Source: an uncultured Nitrososphaeraceae archaeon
Lineage (GTDB): Archaea; Thermoproteota; Nitrososphaeria; Nitrososphaerales; Nitrososphaeraceae
Length of the DNA stretch: 64,000 nt
Direction: 5' to 3'
NCBI GenBank assembly: GCA_963765895.1
Contig: CAVXZB010000047.1
Coordinates: 32,001-96,000 of the forward strand
Shown: positions 57,165 through 64,000 of the stretch, piece by piece
How positions within the stretch are numbered: the first letter of the stretch is position 1
Layout of the letters: each line of letters begins with the position of its first letter
The notes under the pieces: generated by a model
What the model saw: only the letters and a program-made list of their open reading frames with translations
Told to the model about the DNA's origin: nothing
Databases searched by the model: none
Made by a program: the position numbers and the translations under genes

Positions 57165-57740
57165 TCCTTAATTAGTAAGTCTAAAGGCCTCTAAAAACAA
57201 TTTATCTTCGTATAAATTAAGAGACGCGAGGCCGATTGAGGTCAATTTGTTATTTGGGATTAGATCCACGTTCCCTTCTCTCATGTACTTTCCCATAACA
57301 TCGCAAGATGTAAACTACCGTCAGCTATACAATGAATAGTCCTATCGCAGAGTTTATTAAACATATTATCTAGTCTATTAGACCTTAGACTTCATAAAAT
57401 GCATCGATAATATCTAACAGTGGTAATGTTTTCACACATTTCTTCATAAGATCAATTATCGAAGTTGCTGAATTCATTCCACCAGTTATCTCTGGATGGG
57501 GCTTTTTATTGCTCAGAGTAGTATTTAACCATACGATGATGTTATCTGCAAATCTTTCTATCATTTTGGTATCGTACTCCTCATGAACTAGTTTTTCGGC
57601 AGGATTGTCCGAATGCCCCCACCATGATGATATTTGGAAACATGTAATGGTTAAGATGTATCGCCAACATAATGAGAAATGATTCCGGCAGCGCGGACAA
57701 ATTTTTCAATATCACCTAACTTAACAAATTTTATCATATC
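57165..57740 (-). pseudogene. S1/P1 nuclease / zinc phospholipase C-like C-terminal remnant
   Basis: FVRAAGIISHYVGDTS*PLHVSKYHHG...VHEEYDTKM. Confidence 0.6.
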
Positions 57741-57791
57741 TTTTACTGATAAAAATGCCTACTTTTCTAATCGATAACTGAATAAAAGGAA

Positions 57792-58028
57792 ATGAACCAT
57801 AAATGGATTACTATGTCATCCGAAGATTTCAAGGCTATTTCTGAATTAAAGAAATTACTTGCCGCCAATTGTAAAATAGAAAAGATACATCCTCCTGTTT
57901 TTGCTTCAGATGCAGAAGTAAATATAGTAACAGTAACAGTGGCATTCCCTAATGGAAAAACACAGACAATTCGTGCTTATAGAGAAGAAGCACATGCATT
58001 AAGAGAATTTATAAGAACTCGTACATAA
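57792..58028 (+). CDS. small hypothetical protein
   Basis: Clean 78 aa ORF with globular composition. Confidence 0.55.
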   Translation: MNHKWITMSSEDFKAISELKKLLAANCKIEKIHPPVFASDAEVNIVTVTVAFPNGKTQTIRAYREEAHALREFIRTRT

Positions 58029-58425
58029 ATGGCCCTGTAGAAACCCTGTTTTGAAAACTGATAGAGCTTTGTAATATCGTAATAAAATTATATCGAGATT
58101 AGATATATTTCAGAAATCACTAAACAAAATCTTCCCTATTGCAAAACTTAATGAAGACAGCAGAATTCCGTCATATGGATGGCATTAAGGAGAATTTTTC
58201 AATAGTCAACAATATTATTGTATGCTTCGATATTTGATACTCTCTGGATACGAGCAGAGCTAAGAAGTAAACAAAAGAAAGTATCCACGTTCACCTAATA
58301 TCTAGCCTGAATAAAAGTTTTGATAGATAGAGGACAGTTTAGTCTAACGGTTATATGTAGTCATTGATCGACTAAAAATATTCATTTATGATGGTTAGTT
58401 AATTAACAAACGATCCCACCTCACT

Positions 58426-59475
58426 TCAGAAATCTGATAGACTAGTTTGTTTTGTGTTATGAGATGATGCTCTTTCTCCAGTTTTGGGCATCTTAACATC
58501 GTTCCATGTTACTTCCGACAAATTCAACATTTTCCTGAATGTGTTAGCAGTTCCGGGACCAAAACCAGCATAATGATTATTTGCTGCTACAATTGCTAGA
58601 TTAATTTTCTTGTGCTCTTCTTCCCTGGCTCTTTTTAGAAATCTAGCCCATTTCTTCATCTCTGGAACTCTATCTTTTTGTATCTTGCCAAAATCTTTTT
58701 CTTGTATGGTCCTATCTCCAATGAATCTAATATACAGAAAATCTGTTGTAACTATTGGAGGAGTTCTTATACCAGCAAGTTGACTCCAGACCATACACAT
58801 ATTGTTATTTGCAAAAAAACTGTAAGCAAGATCTTGAAACCATGAGCCGTCTCTAACTTCTACTGCATATCTAAATCTCTTATCTAATTCAGGTATAATA
58901 TCTCTTAGACCATTCATACCTTCAACTATACCCATCGAAGGTGGTAACTGTATCAATAATGCTAAAACCTTGTCTTCAAGGTAAATCATGGAAGAAAAGA
59001 ATAACTCTAGCTCTTTTCCTACATCTTTTAGTCGTTTATCATGAGTTATAACTTTTGGAAATTTAGCGGTAAATCTAAAATGTGCGGGAGTCTTTTTACT
59101 CCAGTTCTTTACCATAAATGCATTAGGAATTCTATAGAAAGAAGAATCTATCTCGACAAAGTCAAACACGTGAGAATAATAGCCTAACCATCTGGAATTA
59201 TCTAGACTAGGAGGATAAAATGGTCCTTGCCCGGCTGAATAACTCCATCCAGAGCAGCCAATGTGGTAGTGCAGGTATGTGCCAAAGGAACTAAACACTA
59301 CAGTTTTGGATAAAGATTGTGAAGCTTTTATACATGATAATTGATAGCCCGCATATGTGTCATTATCATGGATCTTTAATACTACATAAGTCAGTATTCT
59401 TAAAATAATTGTATTCTCTATTCTATAATACTCTACTCGAATAAGAAACGCCAGGACCGTGAAACGCATAATCAA
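58426..59475 (-). CDS. DUF72 family protein (true start probably near 59300)
   Basis: IGCSGWSY, VEIDSSFYRIP, KFPKVITH, LIQLPPS, AVEVRDGSW, NNHYAG. Confidence 0.92.
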   Translation of the reverse strand: MIMRFTVLAFLIRVEYYRIENTIILRILTYVVLKIHDNDTYAGYQLSCIKASQSLSKTVVFSSFGTYLHYHIGCSGWSYSAGQGPFYPPSLDNSRWLGYYSHVFDFVEIDSSFYRIPNAFMVKNWSKKTPAHFRFTAKFPKVITHDKRLKDVGKELELFFSSMIYLEDKVLALLIQLPPSMGIVEGMNGLRDIIPELDKRFRYAVEVRDGSWFQDLAYSFFANNNMCMVWSQLAGIRTPPIVTTDFLYIRFIGDRTIQEKDFGKIQKDRVPEMKKWARFLKRAREEEHKKINLAIVAANNHYAGFGPGTANTFRKMLNLSEVTWNDVKMPKTGERASSHNTKQTSLSDF

Positions 59476-59537
59476 TAAACAGGATGGCGTTAACGTCTTA
59501 CTACTTTTAATGTAATTGAACGCTTCATAATTTAAAA

Positions 59538-60407
59538 ATGAGTTTAATGATTCGGCCTATTGAACAAAATGATGTAGAGAGATGAGGCAGAATTGGATAC
59601 CAAGCACACAAAACCATTTCTTCGGCTCATGGTTATCCTTCCGAGCAGCCTTCTGAAGAGTTTGGCATAGGGCTTATTAGAAGTCTTCTTGACAATCCAA
59701 ATTCATGGGGTATTTTAGCAGAGCGACAAGGTACGATATTGGGAAGTATATTCCTCCATAAATTTCCGCCTTCGCCTGTGGCAGTAATAGGCCCACTTAC
59801 AGTTCATCCTTCCGCGGAAGGTGGCATAGGTAAGAGATTGATGGATGGCGCTCTAATTCAAGCTCATAAACAAAACCATGACCAAATCAGATTAGTGCAA
59901 TCGCCGAGCCATATTCGTTCCTTCGTATTGTATACAAAGTGTGGCTTTATCCTTCGTGAGCCTTTATTTTTGATGCAAGGGCCACCATTAAAAAGTGGTA
60001 ATAACATAAACAATCGCGGTGTACGCCTAGTTCTTGATGATAACGATGTTTCTGTGTGTAACGAGCTTTGCAAGTCTGTAAATGGATTTTCAAGGGAAAT
60101 GGAATTACGTCAAGCAAAAGACCAAGGCGTTGCCACTATGATAGAACGAGATGGTGTCGTTACGGGCTACGCAGCAGGTATAGGTATATTCGGCCATGCA
60201 GTTGCAAAATCAAATGGGGAGCTGAAGGCATTGATTGCCAGTGCATCTACAATTCTTGGCCCCGGTTTCTTTGCACCTGCTAAAAACTATGAAGTAATTA
60301 GTTGGTTGCTTGAGAATGGCTTTCAAATTGGTTGGCCTGCGAATCTTATGACTATTGGTCCCTACCGAGAACCACTAATGCCTTTTCTTCCATCTCTAGC
60401 ATATTGA
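59538..60407 (+). pseudogene. GNAT acetyltransferase with an in-frame TGA at 59583
   Basis: MSLMIRPIEQND..R*GRIG is in frame with IGPLTVHPSAEGGIGKRLM, LYTKCGF. Confidence 0.8.
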
Positions 60408-60410
60408 GAT

Positions 60411-60728
60411 CTAGGGAATACTTGAGTTGCAGGATTCACAGTGGCCACAGTGACCCCCATACCAGCCAACAGCGACTCTCTGTCCGGACTTCCATTCAGA
60501 GACTACATCACCTCCTACTTCATCTATAACACCGGCTACCTCATGTCCTGGAGCCCTCGGATATTTGATTCCTGGAAATAATCCTTGCTTTGTAATATTA
60601 TCGCTGTGACAGATGCCGCAGGCTTGGACTTTGATACGCACTTCCATAGGACCTGGCTTTGGAACCTCTCGTTCCACAATTTCAAAAGGTCCATTGGCTT
60701 TAGAAACTTGGACTAAACGCATATACAT
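60411..60728 (-). pseudogene. Zn-dependent alcohol dehydrogenase N-terminal fragment
   Basis: ACGICHSD, PGHEVAG, CGHCESC then truncation. Confidence 0.88.
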
Positions 60729-61037
60729 TGTTCTTTTCCACCATAAGTCTGCATACGTATAATACTATAATAATACACTGGTGAGATAAAGTAAACTGAG
60801 TCACTCTATGGTAACTTATTTGGAATAACAATTTATGGCCTGGACCTATTGGCGAGTTATAATTAACAAAAATACACGAGCTCTAATTATCAAATAAACT
60901 CATAATCTTTATCCAAATTACCTTTTGATGTACTTCAATACCTGCAATACAGAGCCTAAAAGACGTTTTCCCTATAAAGAAATTATATACATTAACATTA
61001 TCAGTCATCATGCATGAACTAGGTTCCACTTCATTTA

Positions 61038-61420
61038 TTAATCGCATATAGTAAAAAATGAAGACAATTTATTTGAATGAGATAAGCTCTTATACTCCAG
61101 TTCCTCCTACAGAAAATACGAGGTATTATATGGTAATGACAACATTATCAAAAAGAAATTAGAGATATTCTCATGGGTTAAGAAAAGGATGGTAGGTTCA
61201 CTTGACAGTGCTGGACCAGCAATTCATGTCTTGTATGAACCAACATGGGTCTGATTCAGTTTCAGGAAAAAGGCGTAAAGATAAGAGTTGTAACTGAGAT
61301 AACATCAGAGAACATTGTTTATTGTAAAAAGCTATTGGATGTTTGCGAGCTTCGTCATCTAGATGGAGTTAAGACTAATTTTGCAATAGCAGATGGAAGG
61401 GAGGTACTACTTTCTTGAGA
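61038..61420 (+). pseudogene. remnant of a TrmB-like N-terminal domain of a sensor kinase/regulator
   Basis: EVLYGNDNII, KGVKIRVVTEITSENIVYCKKLLDVCELRHLDGVKTNFAIADG. Confidence 0.65.
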
Positions 61421-61719
61421 GCAAACAATTCGATCGATAATTTATAAGAAAGAAGATACATGACACAGAAAGCGACAGCGAGCAACTATCGCAGTTTTAG
61501 AGGAATATGAAATGATGAAGAGTTTTAGTATCGTTCAGAACCATCTAGACTTTTAAATAATTGATCATTATTGGATTATTACTTATGTCTGATGTATAGT
61601 ATCAGACTAGTCGTTGTGATAATAGATTTTACGGCTGGTCTAGTGCTAGATTATAATAACTATATCAAATGCCATCAAATAAAATAAACTCTTTGATAAG
61701 TAAGTTACATATACTGAAC

Positions 61720-61981
61720 ATAATTTGGAAATGAAGGTATGGGATGGCATAGTGATGACGAAGAATTACTAGGAAAGAACAATACTATTGCTTCGTCGAG
61801 TTTGGAGTATAACGAGAATTCTCATCTAAGCATAAGCAACCAAGCAAATAGTTTCACTATTACCAAAGATGGCAGTTTGCTTATGATGAAGGACGCTACA
61901 TAGAGCAATTAGTTACACAGCTTACCTAAATCTAAAAACATAACTCAATCCAGAATAAACCTAACTTTTCGAACTGTGTAA
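61720..61981 (+). pseudogene. AlkB-like 2OG-Fe(II) dioxygenase C-terminal remnant
   Basis: GMGWHSDDE, IASxS, GSLLMM, LHSLPK, RINLTFR. Confidence 0.8.
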
Positions 61982-62067
61982 ACCATCATAGCGGGCTTAA
62001 AATATCTCATTTTATTTCAATTTCTCTGCTGATAGTAGCAGACTAGTCAATACGTGATGCTGTATTA

Positions 62068-63819
62068 TTAAAACCTATTTGTTGCAATTGGTAAACTAAA
62101 CGCAAACGTAGCTCCTCTCTCCTCCTTATTATTTTCAGCCCATATTTTTCCATCATGAGCCTCTACAATACTTTTTGATATGAATAATCCTAAACCTGTT
62201 CCTGAAAAGGATTTTGAAGCAAATTTGGAAAATAATCTTGGAAAAAGCTCCGAATCTATGCCTATTCCTGTGTCTTTTATGCTAACTAGCATGTGATTAT
62301 CATTTCTTTCTGAAGTTATACATATTCTTCCCTGTTCGGTAAACTTGAGAGCATTACTTAGAAGATTAGATATAACCTGCGATATTCTTCCCCTATCTGC
62401 TTTTATTATGATATCTTTGGGTTCATATGATAATTTTACATCCTTCCAGTTATTCATCGTCACATCGTTTATACAGTGTACGATTATATCCTTAATGTTA
62501 AATTTCTCTTTGTCCAGTTTTAGAGTATGGCTTTCGATTCTAGTGACATCTAATATATCACTAGTAAGTCTTTGAAGTCTAACAGCATTTCTTGATATCG
62601 CCCGCATGAATTCATCAGATTTATCGGGGTAGTTTTGTAGCAATTGGGAATATCCTAGTATAGCCTGAGTTGGAGTTCTCATTTCATGACTTGCTATATT
62701 TATAAACTCTTTTTGCATCTTATCATTAACTTTTAATTGTTCGTTTGCTGATTCGAGTTCTCTTGTTCTCTTTTTTACTTCCTTATCGAGGTTAGTATTC
62801 CATTTAATTAGAAAGACTACTAACACAGCGACTGTAATAGTAACGCCTGCAAGCAGGGTGAATATCTCAATCATATGCATAGAGATAATATTGTATATCT
62901 GTGAAAAGATTGTTGACGTAGGGGTAACTACAAATCCAAAATACTTTGGTTTTGATCCAACCATAATGGGATACCCAGTGTTAAGTCTCTCGCCATTTCT
63001 AAATTCATAAGTACCTGAATATGGCTTTCCTGATAATACTGTAGTTATTATATTATTAAGAATCAGGTTATGTCCTGTAGCTTGTTGTGTATAGTTACCA
63101 TAAAATGATGTACCAATAAATGTCTTTACAGGATGAATTAATTGAATTGCGTTTCTGTCTAAAACTGCTAGATACTGCGACTTGATATCATAGATGTTTC
63201 CATAATGTTTAAACAAAGGAACAGTAGGTAACAAGGCTGCTACCAAACCCAAATATTTTCCAGTATTTTCGTCTACAATGGGAAAAGTAATAGCAATTCT
63301 ATATATGCCATCTCTTCCTAGAAAACCATTAGAAAATACTGGTGCCAGAGTGTCTTTTGTTTCTCTTGCCCATTGCATAGACGATAGGTTAATGGCACCT
63401 ACAAATTCTGGTATATATTTAGCAGCTGTACTAGATCTTACTAGATTATTTCTATCCAAAACTAAAAGCCTGTCTAGCGGAGCGGTTGAGTTTATCCGAT
63501 GTAATGCTTTTTGCAGTACTTCTTCTGTTTTATTTCCTGATAGGTTTCCATGTTGCAACGTATCTGAATTAGCCAAGAGCTCTAGTCTTGACATTATCAA
63601 ATCTAAATCTGATCCAATGTGACGAGACAGGGCTCCTACCGATTCTATCTGCCGATCCTTTTGCTGTTCAAACAGACTTTTTCTGATATTCGTCTCAGTA
63701 TTGTTCAGTATATAAAAGAATACAGCATATGATACTGCAATAACCAATACTATAGAGATAATGGTAATCTTTGTCGTATTTGAAAAAAGGATTTTTCTAG
63801 CTTCATTTAGTTTGTCCAT
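62068..63819 (-). CDS. membrane sensor histidine kinase with extracytoplasmic Cache domain
   Basis: Two TMs; EFINIASHEMRTP (H box), NLLSNALKF, DTGIGI, GTGLGL. Confidence 0.95.
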   Translation of the reverse strand: MDKLNEARKILFSNTTKITIISIVLVIAVSYAVFFYILNNTETNIRKSLFEQQKDRQIESVGALSRHIGSDLDLIMSRLELLANSDTLQHGNLSGNKTEEVLQKALHRINSTAPLDRLLVLDRNNLVRSSTAAKYIPEFVGAINLSSMQWARETKDTLAPVFSNGFLGRDGIYRIAITFPIVDENTGKYLGLVAALLPTVPLFKHYGNIYDIKSQYLAVLDRNAIQLIHPVKTFIGTSFYGNYTQQATGHNLILNNIITTVLSGKPYSGTYEFRNGERLNTGYPIMVGSKPKYFGFVVTPTSTIFSQIYNIISMHMIEIFTLLAGVTITVAVLVVFLIKWNTNLDKEVKKRTRELESANEQLKVNDKMQKEFINIASHEMRTPTQAILGYSQLLQNYPDKSDEFMRAISRNAVRLQRLTSDILDVTRIESHTLKLDKEKFNIKDIIVHCINDVTMNNWKDVKLSYEPKDIIIKADRGRISQVISNLLSNALKFTEQGRICITSERNDNHMLVSIKDTGIGIDSELFPRLFSKFASKSFSGTGLGLFISKSIVEAHDGKIWAENNKEERGATFAFSLPIATNRF

Positions 63820-64000
63820 TTTTATTGCTAGGCATTTGGAATATCATCTCTCGTTATACTTATACCCTAGGTAATTTGTACGAACATAATAGCAAAACAA
63901 TGCAAGATTTAATAGTAATTATCGCAGGAAGATCAATCATATATTATATAGCTACATCTATAAAACAATTAATTATTTCTCAACACCGTTACAATTGATT

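Noticed and set aside
59583-59585. In-frame TGA in the GNAT gene as selenocysteine or recoding
   Set aside because: No SECIS or Sec machinery seen, the lineage is not known to use Sec, and TGA ends many normal genes here; a point mutation or sequencing error is simpler

Overview
AT-rich archaeal chromosome segment, most consistent with a soil ammonia-oxidising archaeon (Nitrososphaeraceae). Support: archaeal EF-2 with the diphthamide loop, mannosyl-3-phosphoglycerate synthase, F420-type PPOX and LLM oxidoreductases, a two-domain multicopper oxidase with a C-terminal cupredoxin, CHRD and YVTN proteins, and Cache/TrmB-type sensor kinases. The first ~15 kb is mostly housekeeping. The rest is an accessory mosaic with many frameshifted or truncated genes, IS5 and IS6 elements (one complete IS5 with terminal inverted repeats and a target duplication, inserted in a nucleotidyl-cyclase-like gene), an inverted partial duplication, and unannotated relics (terminase-like ATPase, P1-nuclease/PLC-like, AlkB, kinase N-terminus). 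The best candidate for an undescribed system is a set of three paralogous Cys/His microproteins (HDF...CxxC-x3-CxxCGK). Two of them share a conserved upstream block built from TTAAC-N3-GTTAA palindromes, and one lies directly upstream of a winged-helix regulator. The same palindrome precedes several other genes, suggesting a regulon. All family calls come from motif recognition by eye; no searches were run. No rRNA, intact tRNA or CRISPR array was seen.
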